A DNA stretch of 57,745 nt from Octopus bimaculoides (lineage: Eukaryota), in assembly GCF_001194135.2 (NCBI RefSeq), contig NC_068997.1, forward strand, positions 34,308,298-34,366,042, in the 5' to 3' direction. Position numbers and translations under genes: made by a program. Below the pieces are notes generated by a model, which worked only from the letters and a program-made list of their open reading frames with translations, had not been told where the DNA came from and did not search any database. Below, one piece after another: positions 1-11,813 of the stretch; position 1 is the stretch's first letter, and each line of letters starts with the position of its first letter.

Positions 1-19
1 ATATATATATATATATATA

Positions 20-563
20 CACACATAGACACAGACACACTTACATTCACAGAACTCTCATCTTCCTGTAGTGAAGATGAAGGAAAACCAAAAGGCCTTA
101 AAAAGAAAACAAAGCACAAAAGAAAACTCCACAAAGCATAACAATACCCACAATAAAAAATAGACACCACCCACACAAACATCTGAAACCAAAGATACCA
201 CACTCACAGTAAACACAGACACCACTGGAACAACAAGAAGACCATCACATCACACTCAAGCAAACAATTAAAACAATTCCAACAAAAAACACCGAACTTC
301 GTACTCATCAGAAGGGACAACAAGGAACTGATGGCCCTCGTAACACAAAACATTGAAATTGAAACAGGGAGTGATTTTTCGAATCGAGCAAAGTTCACGC
401 ACCAGATTTGCTACTGGTGCGAATGTCGCTCGATTCATACACAAAAGTTAGAGAGAGCTTTCCTGGGGACGTGGGAACCGCGAACGTGAGACCTACATCG
501 AGACTTTAAAAGGGGTTCCCATCAAAAAACCCTCACCAATTATGACACCAGGAGGTAAGTAAA
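20..563 (+). pseudogene. ORF1 C-terminal remnant of Tx1-like copy 1
   Basis: Broken frames reading TLTFTELSSSCSEDEGKPKGLKKKTKHKRK, VLIRRDNKELMALVTQNIEIETG and ETYIETLKGVPIKKPSPIMTPGGK* (TAA 561-563), directly upstream of the ORF2 ATG at 626. Confidence 0.55.
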
Positions 564-625
564 CCTGTCTTCACAAGACACGGGGAGGTAAGTAAACCTT
601 TCCCTACTCTTTTTAGCTTGCCAAC

Positions 626-3182
626 ATGGCCATATCAAGAGTAGGAAGTATAAATGTTCGAGACATAGGGTTACTTTGGAAGCAGGGGTGCCTGCTCAAC
701 GACGTCAGGTCTGTAGAATTGGACGTAAGTGAGACCAGGATTTCCAATACACACGCACTAACCGCCATTCTCGACGACGATCAGTTCTTTGCATCGCTTA
801 GTCGGCCGGGAAAGGGAGGTGAAGTGGCAGTGCTGCTTAGGAAAGAACTGGATCTTGAGGTAAGATCGATCTTCCGGGATCCGAATCGGAAGTTGGTGTT
901 CCTGGACGTGAGAAATAGGAAACGTAGTGTCTTGAGACTGGTGGCCGTTTATGCCCCTACAGGAGTCAAACGACAGGATTTCTTTGGGCTTCTGGAAGCC
1001 TTTCTGGATACGTCCCGCCCTTTAATGTTAGTGGGGGACTGGATCGGAATCTTAGATGCTCGCTGGGATTGTGTGGGAGTAGCTGATAGAAGCGGAGGGT
1101 GATTGCAGAAGCCTCAAGCACCTGATCAGCTAGTTCCATCTGTCTGACAGGTAGCGACGAGATTTCCCCAAGACGCCAGTGTGGACCTGGAGCAACCGCT
1201 TAGGGTCATCTAAATCGTATAGACATAGGATTTTCACTAGGAAAATAGTGCTAGCAGCGAAAATGGCATTAGATCTTTTCCTCAGTGCGAAACATGAAGG
1301 CTGCATTTGCAGAGCTAAGGAGCGTGTTTTGAGAAACGAGGCGACTAAAGCTGTTCGAAGGGCCCGCGTAGCGAAACACATCCTGGTAACAAAACCATAA
1401 TTCGGTCTTTGACAAATCAAGAAGAGGCCTTTTGCAAGCACTTTGTTCAGTTGTTCGGTGGGAGTGGCGGATCAGAGACGGTAACGGACTTCAGTTCCTA
1501 CCTCGATGGCTTGCCGCGCCTCTCGACAGCCGACGCTGAGCGATGTGAGAGGCAAATAACCGTAGTAGAAATTCATCATGCTGCATGTGGTTACTGATCA
1601 ATTCAGATCAATCAAATGCATTCAATAGGGTCGACGATCGGAGCCTGGGAGCTGTCCTCAAGACAGTTGGCTTCGGCTCCGTCTCGGAACCGTTTCAGAT
1701 CTCCCTATCGGTTCTTCAAGCTTGCCCTCTCTCCTCTCTTCTGTACATATTGACTCCTGAGCCTTTACTGCGGAGGCTGGAGGTGCTGCAGGGCATCCCG
1801 CTCAAACCGCGACGTGGAAGGGATGTTCTGCCTTATGCAGACATCACCGTGATGATCTAAAACACCTCAGAAATCGAGGTGGTCGGCACATTAGTGGAGG
1901 AATAGGAAAAGCTGACAGGAGCAAAACTTAACCCGGAAAGGTCGGTGGGCTTGCAGCTCGGCACCTGGAAAGATAAGACCATGCCGTCCAACAACGTCGT
2001 TGGTCGCTGGACGGACCGGTAAAGTTAGTTGGGGTTTGATTCTGACTAGACCTCCAGGTGAATAAGAATTGGGATGAAGTGTCGAGTAGGGTAGCCAGTC
2101 TCATCCAGAAATTGGCTGCGAGGAAGCTATCACTGAAAAGTCGGGTGGAGGTGGCGAATGCATACATCTGGGCCGTCATCTACTACCGTCTGAGAGTCGT
2201 ACATTGTACCCGTTCGCCAAGTTGGAGAGCTTCCTCTTCAAATTCTTGTGGAGTGGACAGGTTCCGTTGGTGAGGCAGCTCTCTGCTGCCAGCACTCTCC
2301 ACGTGGAAGGCTGGGCATACCGTGGCTAATGATGCGTAGACATGCGCTGAGGTTGCAGCATCACCAGATATTCTGCCCAAATGGTGTGGTCACCGTTTGT
2401 CAATGTGACCTTTCCCCAGCACATCTCCTTGACTGAGCTGAAGTCCTGATTCAAGAAGAAACCCAGATATGTTGAGTGGCGTCTGGAATGTTGCTAAGCA
2501 CTCATTGTCCCCTACCAGGCGGAAAAATCGGTCAGTGGAACATCCACTCTCGAGTTCTATAGAGGGTTAGTGGTGGGAAAGTGCGATGACGCACTCGGAT
2601 AGGAACTGGGCGTCGACGAAATCGAACTGACCAGTCTGTTTCAGAGAACTTTTGAGCCGGGGACGATGGATGACTTTCAAAAATCCTCCGCTTAGCACTG
2701 CTTCCGGGGAGGGGGGAGCGATACTGCCGGTTCGAGATAAACTCTACACGTACGGAAGTGCTGTCAGACAGACCTGTCCGAGATGTGTGCAGAGCGACGA
2801 AACCGTTCTGCGCGCATTCATCCAGTGTCCATGCATTATTGACTTGTGAAGTTATGTCGAACAATTGTTGTCGTGTGTTATGGGCCGAGTCCATAGTGAA
2901 AATTGACCCGCCACCTTCCTTTGGCCAGGAAGGACAGGCAATTTTACTCTGTCTGGTGGCAGTAGCAAGAGGGGTTGTAGAGTAGGCCAGGTTGAAAGGA
3001 CTGAAGACAGACACTTTTCTCTTCGGCCAATCCTTCATCGAACTTTTTCAAATTTCACTTGGAAAGGAAGATGAGGGTGGAGAGAGAAGTGATGCCCCCA
3101 CCCCGGTACATATGCTGAAAGCTGGGTAAATGTAGCGGAAATAGCCCGTGTGAAAGGACCTACTCTACTAATGCGCCTGTAG
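626..3182 (+). pseudogene. ORF2 (APE endonuclease, RT, C-terminal zinc-knuckle region), multiply deleted and frameshifted
   Basis: EN motifs GSINVRD, SETRIS, GGEVAVLL, AVYAPT, LVGDW. RT remnants DQSNAFNRVD, QACPLSSLLYIL, YAD-ITV (1834-1842). TCPRCVQSDETVLRAFIQCP at about 2775-2830. Terminal TAG 3180-3182. Confidence 0.9.
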
Positions 3183-3359
3183 AATGGTAAATTTGGGGAG
3201 GAAAGGTTGACCACTTTCTGAGTATTCTCGAAGCGTCGGATGGTTCAGGATTGGTGGGGTACCTGAGCCAACTCTGAGTGGTCATTCCCCCTATTGGGGA
3301 AATTTCATGCCTATTTTTTTGTTTGTTTAATGTTTGTTATTGTTTTCTACTTTAATAAC

Positions 3360-3845
3360 TACAATTCTCTGTGAAAATTTTGCTTTCAAAATTTAGCTGT
3401 GAGTATTTTAAATTTCCTTCAAAATAAGTTGAGAACCATGCATATCCACAATTTTCTCTGGCCGAACACATAACCGATCATCTCCAAAAACTTTGTAACT
3501 TCAATACCTATAACTTTCTGTGAATACCTGTCCTTTCCTGAGTATTCGAAAATGTAAAACATTCTTTTAGTACAAGAACACTACATTTCCTACTGGCCGA
3601 ACGCACAAACGATCATCAGTAGAAAATTGAAAACAAAAACTTTAATAATTATAATTCTTGGTGAAAATTTTGACCTTTTTACTCCCTGACTACTCGAGTA
3701 TGTAAACGTACCTTTCATTCCAAAAACACCATTAACCGCATGACAAACATTTCCTCCAAAATAAGTTGAAAATCTTACATATCCACAATTTCCTCTGGCC
3801 GAACACACAAACGATCACCTTTAAGAACTTTGAAACTTTAGGAAA
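3360..3845. repeat. Diverged tandem/minisatellite-like repeat
   Basis: TGGCCGAAC-core unit at 3459, 3594 and 3796. AAATAAGTTGA...CATATCCACAATT repeated about 337 bp apart. GTGAAAATTTTG at 3371 and 3661. Confidence 0.6.
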
Positions 3846-3924
3846 TAAACAACTGCTAATATATACAAACTGCATAATTATGAAAACTAAACCATGGCAA
3901 AAACCTATAAAAAGATAGGAAAAA

Positions 3925-3936
3925 TGTATGTATGTA

Positions 3937-3969
<33 letters not shown>

Positions 3970-4054
3970 GTATGTGTGTGTGTGTGTGTGTAAGTATATA
4001 TATATTTATATATATATGTATATATACATATGTATATATATGTATATATGTATA

Positions 4055-4101
<47 letters not shown>

Positions 4102-4115
4102 ATGTGTGTGTGTAT
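3925..4115. repeat. Compound (TA)n/(TG)n microsatellite
   Basis: Directly visible dinucleotide runs. Confidence 0.95.
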
Positions 4116-4749
4116 TATTATTATTTTTCTACTTGTAATTAAAACAGAACAAGGTGAGTTGGCTCTTTTCAAAGCCAAGGTTATCCCTCTCATTGCTCAC
4201 TTGTAGTAGTACACACATTTGACCTCTGCTGACCGCAAGGGTGTGACGCTTCTTTTGCTTCCTGATCACACTACCATTGTTGTGCTGCTGCTGCTACTAC
4301 TACCAATGCCACTAATAATAACGATGATAATAGTGATTTGCCTGGAGACAAACACACATGCGACAGCGTTTACATTGTGCTGACAGAACATATGCAATCC
4401 CATTACCACTTCTACCACCGCCGCCGCCGCCGCCACCGNNNNNNNNNNNNNNNNNNNNNNNNNNNNNNNNNNNNNNNNNNNNNNNNNNNNNNNNNNNNNN
4501 NNNNNNNNNNNNNNNNNNNNNNNNNNNNNNNNNNNNNNNNNNNNNNNNNNNNNNNNNNNNNNNNNNNNNNNNNNNNNNNNNNNNNNNNNNNNNNNNNNNN
4601 NNNNNNNNNNNNNNNNNNNNNNNNNNNNNNNNNNNNNNNNNNNNNNNNNNNNNNAAATATCTCGGAGACTGTATGATGGTTTTGTCTTTTGTCTCCCTAT
4701 CTCTGTCTCTCTCTGGGTGTCCATTCGATATCTGCCTCTTTCTACGATA

Positions 4750-7700
4750 CTACATGAATTCTGTCGGCCTGCCGTTTGACACCTTCCAGGCGGCAGGTCA
4801 AGACATGAACTAATTTAAAACTTCTCAAAATAAAATCCTCACCCCCGGTAAAGGATGATGCCTGGGACCTCTGAACCTTACCCAAGGAACCAGACAACTG
4901 GTTAACCTTGTGCGCTTATAGCACGGCTCTGGATACCAACCATGGAAATACCCACTAGAACCCGTTCAATGTACGCGTTCATCAGTGACCTTAGGTTCTG
5001 ACTTTAAATCAAGACCAACCTCCTCAAGAACCTGTAGCAAATCAAACCACGGATATTCCCGAAACTGACGCTCAGGATCAATTACTAAACCTATCTCAAA
5101 GAAACAGAAATACAAAACAGAAATGGACTAGGGAGGAATATATCGAAGTTATGAATGCTTATTATTATTCAATATTAAACCCAGAAACATCAACCACATA
5201 AAAAGAGACCTACAATATCTGGAGGTGCAAAAACCTGCATAGCAGGCTGTACATTGACTGTAATAAACTGTGAGACGTGATATCCTAAAAATAGAGTCTG
5301 ACAGTGAAATTGACAAAAGTCGTCAGATAAGTCAAAAGTCAGCTCAGTATACCACATACTCACTTATACCCATAGGCAAAAAGCTCTGAAAATTCAAACC
5401 AGCAAACTGGGTACACAGAACCCTATGAAGGTAGACCATCAGTTGATACTACAGACACTATAAATGATCATGTCAGCAATGAACTGTTAGATGGAATACT
5501 AGAACAATATCTAATACAACTACATCAACCTTTCCACGATAGAGCCCCACTTCCCAAAATTATTAATACTAATAAGAACAGAAAAGTAATCAAAGAAGTT
5601 GATCAAACACTTGGAAAGCTGATACGACAGCGCCTTGAGAATAGTAGAGAAAATGCCCTCGAAGTGATTGTTCAACTCATTTACTCAGCTGCTTATGTTG
5701 CAACTCAGAAATGCGGTATTAAAATTAGAGAAAGACAAAAAGTGCAATGTACACAAACAGCCTGCATGGATGGAAAGAATAAACCGGCAAATAATCCAAC
5801 TAAGAGCAGATATATCTTTTCTACTTGAAGCAAGCAAAGGGAAAACTAATAAACCCAACAAACTAATAAGAATAATTACTAAACATACCTTTACAAGAAA
5901 AGAAAGGCTACACAGACTGAAATCCTCAAACAAAAACTACACTAAAAAACCGAACGACTAGCAAGATACAAAAAAAGACGCTCAGCATTCCATAGACAAA
6001 ACTACAGGGAACTAGGTGAAAATACCATTATTGTGAAAACACCCTATCTCTAGCAGCAAATTGAAGATTCTTAGAAAAAGATTTGGAGTAATCCAAAGGA
6101 GTTTAATCAGAATGCACATTGGGTCAGGGACATAGGAGAGGCCAATGCCTAACTCAAATATCAAGAATGGCAGGATATAACAATTGAAGAATTGATAGCG
6201 GCGCTCAGCAAGTCAAAGAAATGGAAATCCCCAGGTATAGATAAGATTCCAAATGTTTGGCTTAACTCTTTAATGAGCAACCACCACAGCTTAGCCGTAA
6301 CACTCAATGATGTCATGTTCAACATTGCAAAAGCCCCAAAGTGGCTTACAGAAGGGATTATATATCCCTTATCAAAAACAGAAGAAACTGCTTACCCTCC
6401 CAAATACTGACCCATAACATGTCTCACCACCATATATAAACTATTAACATCTATAATAGCGAATAGAGCATATGAATTCTTGGACAATAGGAAGTTATTC
6501 TCAGTGGAACAAAAGGGATGTAAAAGGGGTTCATATGGATGTAAGGACCAATTACTAATGGATAAAATGGTCATTGAAAATTGCAAATCCAAACGTAGAA
6601 ATCTTAGCCCCGCTTGGATAGATTACAAGAAGGCTTTTGTTAGTGTCCTCCATGCATGGATCATCAAGGCCCTGGAAATTTACTAGATAGCTCCAACAAT
6701 TGTGAACTTTTTAAAAGTATTCATGAATTCGTGGAGAACCAGCCTCAATTTAAACCACACACAAACATATACCACCTCACCAGACATCAATATCGCCTGT
6801 GGTATCTTTCAAGTGGACTTATTATCACAATTACTATTCTGACTCGCTCTGTTCCCATTATCCACGCAACTGAATAATGCTAAAAGAGGGTATAAGATCT
6901 TTGATCAGAAAATTAATCATCTACTCTATATGGATGATCTAAAACTGTTTGCCAAAAACGACAAAGAATTAGAAGAGCTCAGGATTCAGCTCTGATATAG
7001 GTATGGAATTCGGACTTGATAAATTTGCAAAGGATACTACCACATCTATCCGAAACCCAGACCAATCCCAAGTATATAAATATCTGAGAACCAATGAAGG
7101 TGATGGTATCCAGCAATCTAAAGTGAAAGAAAAAATCCACAAAGAATGCTAACCGAAGGTAAGAATGATCCTAAACTCAGAATTAAATACTGCTAACAGA
7201 ATTAATGCAATCAATTCTTTGGCCATACCAGTAACCACATATAGCTTCGGTAGCATTAAGTGGAGTCTCATTGACATGCAAAGAATGTATGGAAAAATCC
7301 GTAAAATACTTACAAGGTACTGAATGCACCATCCAAAATCAGATGTAGACGAGATTTATCTCCCAAGAAAAATAGGTGGAAGAGGCCTGGTACAGCTCGA
7401 ACAATCTTTCAAATCAGCAATAATAGGCTTTGAAACGTACCTCAAAACAACAAGTGATGTGCTCTTACGAACTGCACTGAAACATGAAGATTCCAAACAA
7501 GCTTCAGTCATGAAGCTTCGTCAGAAATTTTAAAAGTCTTGTGGTCTACAAGTTAACAATAATAATGACCAAAGACACCCAAAAATTGACAGACCTACCA
7601 TTGCTTCTCCTGATTAAGAAATTAACAACCAGAAAGACCAAAGAGACCCAAATAGTGACGAACCTATCATTGATGCAAAAGACATCAAACAAAAAGCAAA

Positions 7701-7790
7701 GAAGGCTTGCATGAATAATATTGAAGACAACTGGATCAAAGATGCACATATCGTCAGCCACTCAATGACATGCTCAACTGGTTAAGGTCA
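4750..7790 (+). mobile_element. R4/Dong-like (RLE-class) non-LTR retrotransposon, copy A: 5' region and RT, 3'-truncated, pseudogenised
   Basis: N-terminal KWTREEYIEVMNAYY (5121). QPAWMERINRQIIQLRADI. RT motifs WKSPGIDKIPNVWL, EQKGCKRGSYGCKDQLLMDK, WIDYKKAF, HLLYMDDLKLF (YMDD 6927-6938), HPKSDVDEIYLPRKIGGRGL. No RLE domain seen. 5' boundary approximate. Confidence 0.88.
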
Positions 7791-7937
7791 AGCAACTGAC
7801 AAGCAAATCTGTGGTATTTATCAGAATATTTACTATAGCCCATCTTTTATATCAAGACAAAACAATGTACATGAGACCACTTCCAATCAGTTAATATCAA
7901 AAGCCATGTGAGCCACTGCCTGGTACTGCATCAAGGC

Positions 7938-7939
7938 AT

Positions 7940-8001
<62 letters not shown>

Positions 8002-8002
8002 T
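7938..8002. repeat. (CAT)n microsatellite
   Basis: Direct observation. Confidence 0.95.
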
Positions 8003-8029
8003 ATTTACGTGTCATCCTTTATCTTTACG

Positions 8030-8110
8030 ACTTTATCTTTCATACTTTCGGGGTCGATAAATTAAGTACCAGTGAAACATTAAGGTCGATGTAATCGACA
8101 AGTTCACCAG
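8030..8110 (+). mobile_element. SINE family A fragment (3' part)
   Basis: ctttcggggtcgataaattaagtaccagt...gtcgatgtaatcgac is the reverse complement of the repeats at 22016-22395 and 54975-55172. Confidence 0.7.
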
Positions 8111-8117
8111 TAGAAAG

Positions 8118-9291
8118 AATTATTAGTATTATTGTTGTTGTTATTGTTGATGATGTTTTACTTCTCAGAGCGCTCGGTCTTGCTTGCTTTAGTTGATTCT
8201 GTGAGAGCGGACAACAGCCGTTTGTCAGAGGCCTCATAGAGTCTCTCTCTGTGCAAATTATACAAGTGATAATTGGTTGTTAAGTATTACGGAAGACATT
8301 CAACTCCCAAGTACCAGTCTCAAAATTCTAGCTGTCCCAGCAGAGCACTTTTTGGGGGAGGGCGGGGGACGCTTGCTCTGCTCTCATGTCAATTCCGATT
8401 TCTCTGGCATATTTCTCAAACTTGGTTATTAGTGCTCCGCGTACACCTACAGTTACTGGGATGATATACACTCTCCTCATAGTCCACATCCTTGCAATTT
8501 CGTCTTTTAGTACTCTGCACTTTCCCAGCTTTTTAGTTCTTTGTCACTTATGCGCACATTCCCAGTTATTGCAATATCTATCACTTTGTTTCCTTTTTTC
8601 CTTTATCTACCACAACAATGTCTGGTCTCCGAGCATCGATTAGGGAGTCACATTGGATTGTAAAATCCCACAGTATTTTATATTCTTTGTTCTCACTGAC
8701 TCCTTCTGGTTCATGTTTGTACCATTTACGTGCTCTGTCACGGTCGTATTTTTCACATAGCCTTCAATGAACAAACTTAGCCACGTTATCGTGTCTCCGT
8801 TTGTAATACTTTTGAGCTAGCTTGCTACAGTCACTCACAATATGAGAAATTTCGATTTTCCTGCCACACATCCTAATGTTCCTGAGCACTGCATATCCAT
8901 ACCTCAGTACATCCTTTCAGATCACTTTTCTTAGCTATCTCTAAGTGTTGGTGTTGTCTTTTCCTTTGATTCTCTGAGGTATTGCCCATGCAATGATTTC
9001 TTTTTTCAATTGTTTATTCATTTTTCTTCATCCTGTTTCTTAAATGTTTGTGGTTGCATCACATTTTTGGTAGGTATTGTATTGTTAACTCTAATTGATG
9101 TTCACTCTGCTATTTGATGTACCATCCCAGACTGTTCTTCTCGTTAACAATTCAGATCTTGCATTCTATTAGACCTCTTCCTCCTCTTCCTCCCTGTCAA
9201 TATCGCTTTTTGGGTGTAGTTCCCTGTTAATTGTCATCACTTCTCTGGTTTTACTGTCCATTTCCTCAAACTGGTTCTTTGTCCACCTAAC

Positions 9292-9293
<2 letters not shown>
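8118..9293 (-). mobile_element. R4/Dong-like element copy C: 5'-truncated RT C-terminus plus RLE endonuclease and 3' UTR with AAT/AAC tail
   Basis: Minus translation: LHPKSDIDR, LHGQYLRE, MCG..ISHIVSDC (CCHC), RRHDNVA (8785-8799), ILWDFTIQCD, RRPDIVVVDK (8611-8631), VIDIA, KSALLGTARILRLVLGS* (stop 8300-8302). Confidence 0.9.
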
Positions 9294-9349
<56 letters not shown>

Positions 9350-9365
9350 CATTATTATTATTATT
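9294..9365. repeat. (TTA)n / (TAA)n array between two R4-like elements
   Basis: Direct observation. Confidence 0.95.
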
Positions 9366-9596
9366 GTTGTTCAGTAGTTTTATTGTTATAAGGTGCTTTC
9401 ACTTCACTACCGAGCGCAGCTCTGTGTGCCTTGGGTACGTGCTGTGGTTTGCTGTGATGCTCTTATGGTTACTGTATTGAAAGTGTTTTGCGTAGGATGT
9501 GTGCAGTGCCCAGTAGTGCAATTTTCTATATGTTATATATATTTGTAAGTCCTGGTGTTTTTGTTATGTATTTGTCTGAATATTTTTTTATTATAC
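9366..9596 (-). mobile_element. R4/Dong-like element copy B, extreme 3' end (remainder in gap)
   Basis: Minus translation ...KTPGLTNIYNI*KIALLGTAHILRKTLSIQ* (stop 9469-9471), about 100 bp of 3' UTR, then the (TAA)n tail. Confidence 0.8.
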
Positions 9597-9859
9597 NNNN
9601 NNNNNNNNNNNNNNNNNNNNNNNNNNNNNNNNNNNNNNNNNNNNNNNNNNNNNNNNNNNNNNNNNNNNNNNNNNNNNNNNNNNNNNNNNNNNNNNNNNNN
9701 NNNNNNNNNNNNNNNNNNNNNNNNNNNNNNNNNNNNNNNNNNNNNNNNNNNNNNNNNNNNNNNNNNNNNNNNNNNNNNNNNNNNNNNNNNNNNNNNNNNN
9801 NNNNNNNNNNNNNNNNNNNNNNNNNNNNNNNNNNNNNNNNNNNNNNNNNNNNNNNNNNN

Positions 9860-9985
<126 letters not shown>

Positions 9986-10771
9986 TCGAACTTTTATAGG
10001 TTGTTTTTCTTTACGGGGATCCTCCCTGTCTTATATTTTTAGAAAACGTGGACTTCAAAAATAACAAGCACAGACAAAATTATTTAGTTTCTTATATATG
10101 AGTGGAAATCTTTTGCTGTGCCAGTATTCAGTTTACGTCGAATTATAAGTCATTTGATAACTTACTAACATGTAGACATTGATGAGTTTACAAGATTTTT
10201 ACCAATTCGAAAACGATTCAAAGTTTATAAACCTCTAAACTCATCATCTGCGAATCGAATTTAAGTATAAATTCCGATTTGAATGTAAATCATTGCCGCG
10301 GGGGAGATCATGCCGGACGTCTAAAACAGCGTTAAAGCAAAGGTACTTTACCAACTCAAATATGTATTATTGGTAAGAATCGCTTGATTTTGGTCTATTA
10401 TATCGTTAAAAGAGATAAAGATTAGTTTCTGACTTTAGTTGTGATGCATAAAAGAAATGAAACACTGAATGTTACTGTATATCGTCACTTCCTACAATTG
10501 AAGGACTAAGATATTCATTTCTTCATTCAAATCCAGAGTTCATCTTAAACTAATGAAAGTACTGGACAATTAGAGCAGTGATGCATGGCCACGTTAAATA
10601 TCACTTCCTAAATAACCACCTCTTAACAGAGATTTGCAACTGTCAATTTGACAGTACTGTCTCTCTGCTTTTCCTGTTTATCACACACACACACATGCAC
10701 ACAGACACACAGACACATACACACAGACACAGACACAGACAGACACACAGACACAGACACAGACACACACA

Positions 10772-10803
<32 letters not shown>

Positions 10804-11086
10804 TGGTTGATATTTACTTATAAAAATCTTACAGGCTAGTGCAACAAAGTCATATATCTGGTTTTTGATCAGAAGTTGACCTTGTCTTACAAGTTTGAAT
10901 GAGGCCTATAATATACAGGCATTCACTATGTGAGACAGAATGCAAGGAGAGTCAACCTATGTTGCAAATTCAATTCATCAGGAGATTACAATTTGCGGCA
11001 CGATATGCACTATAAAACAAACACATGTGCGAGTGCCCCTCTGATAGTGTTAGTTTGCGCGCGCACGTTTGTATGCATACATATAT

Positions 11087-11150
<64 letters not shown>

Positions 11151-11666
11151 NNNNNNNNNNNNNNNNNNNNNNNNNNNNNNNNNNNNNNNNNNNNNNNNNN
11201 NNNNNNNNNNNNNNNNNNNNNNNNNNNNNNNNNNNNNNNNNNNNNNNNNNNNNNNNNNNNNNNNNNNNNNNNNNNNNNNNNNNNNNNNNNNNNNNNNNNN
11301 NNNNNNNNNNNNNNNNNNNNNNNNNNNNNNNNNNNNNNNNNNNNNNNNNNNNNNNNNNNNNNNNNNNNNNNNNNNNNNNNNNNNNNNNNNNNNNNNNNNN
11401 NNNNNNNNNNNNNNNNNNNNNNNNNNNNNNNNNNNNNNNNNNNNNNNNNNNNNNNNNNNNNNNNNNNNNNNNNNNNNNNNNNNNNNNNNNNNNNNNNNNN
11501 NNNNNNNNNNNNNNNNNNNNNNNNNNNNNNNNNNNNNNNNNNNNNNNNNNNNNNNNNNNNNNNNNNNNNNNNNNNNNNNNNNNNNNNNNNNNNNNNNNNN
11601 NNNNNNNNNNNNNNNNNNNNNNNNNNNNNNNNNNNNNNNNNNNNNNNNNNNNNNNNNNNNNNNNNN

Positions 11667-11722
11667 GAAATGCCGCTAAGCATTTTTCCAGGCGTGCTAA
11701 CGTTTCTGCCAGCTCACCGCCT
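11667..11722 (-). mobile_element. SINE family A tRNA-like head
   Basis: Reverse complement reads aggcggtgagctggcagaaacgttagcacgcctggaaaaatgcttagcggcatttc; matches about 55120-55172. Confidence 0.7.
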
Positions 11723-11731
11723 AGAATTTCC

Positions 11732-11810
<79 letters not shown>
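11732..11810. repeat. (ATA)n microsatellite
   Basis: Direct observation. Confidence 0.95.

Positions 11811-11813
<3 letters not shown>

Larger units (their letters stand above)
20..3320 (+). mobile_element. Degenerate Tx1/L1-like non-LTR retrotransposon, copy 1 (ORF1 3' part, ORF2, 3' UTR); 5' end not seen
   Basis: ORF1-like remnant, then APE endonuclease, RT fragments and C-terminal Cys motif in colinear order on +. Homologous to the copy at 52215-54906. Confidence 0.88.

Noticed and set aside
555-616. Mini-intron (GTAAGT...TTTTAG) fusing ORF1 to ORF2
   Set aside because: The donor-like motif is simply Gly-Lys-stop of ORF1, and splicing would put a TGA in frame upstream of ORF2.
4148-4153. 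6-nt micro-exon (CAG|AACAAG|GTGAGT)
   Set aside because: Weak acceptor and no supporting context; such matches arise by chance.
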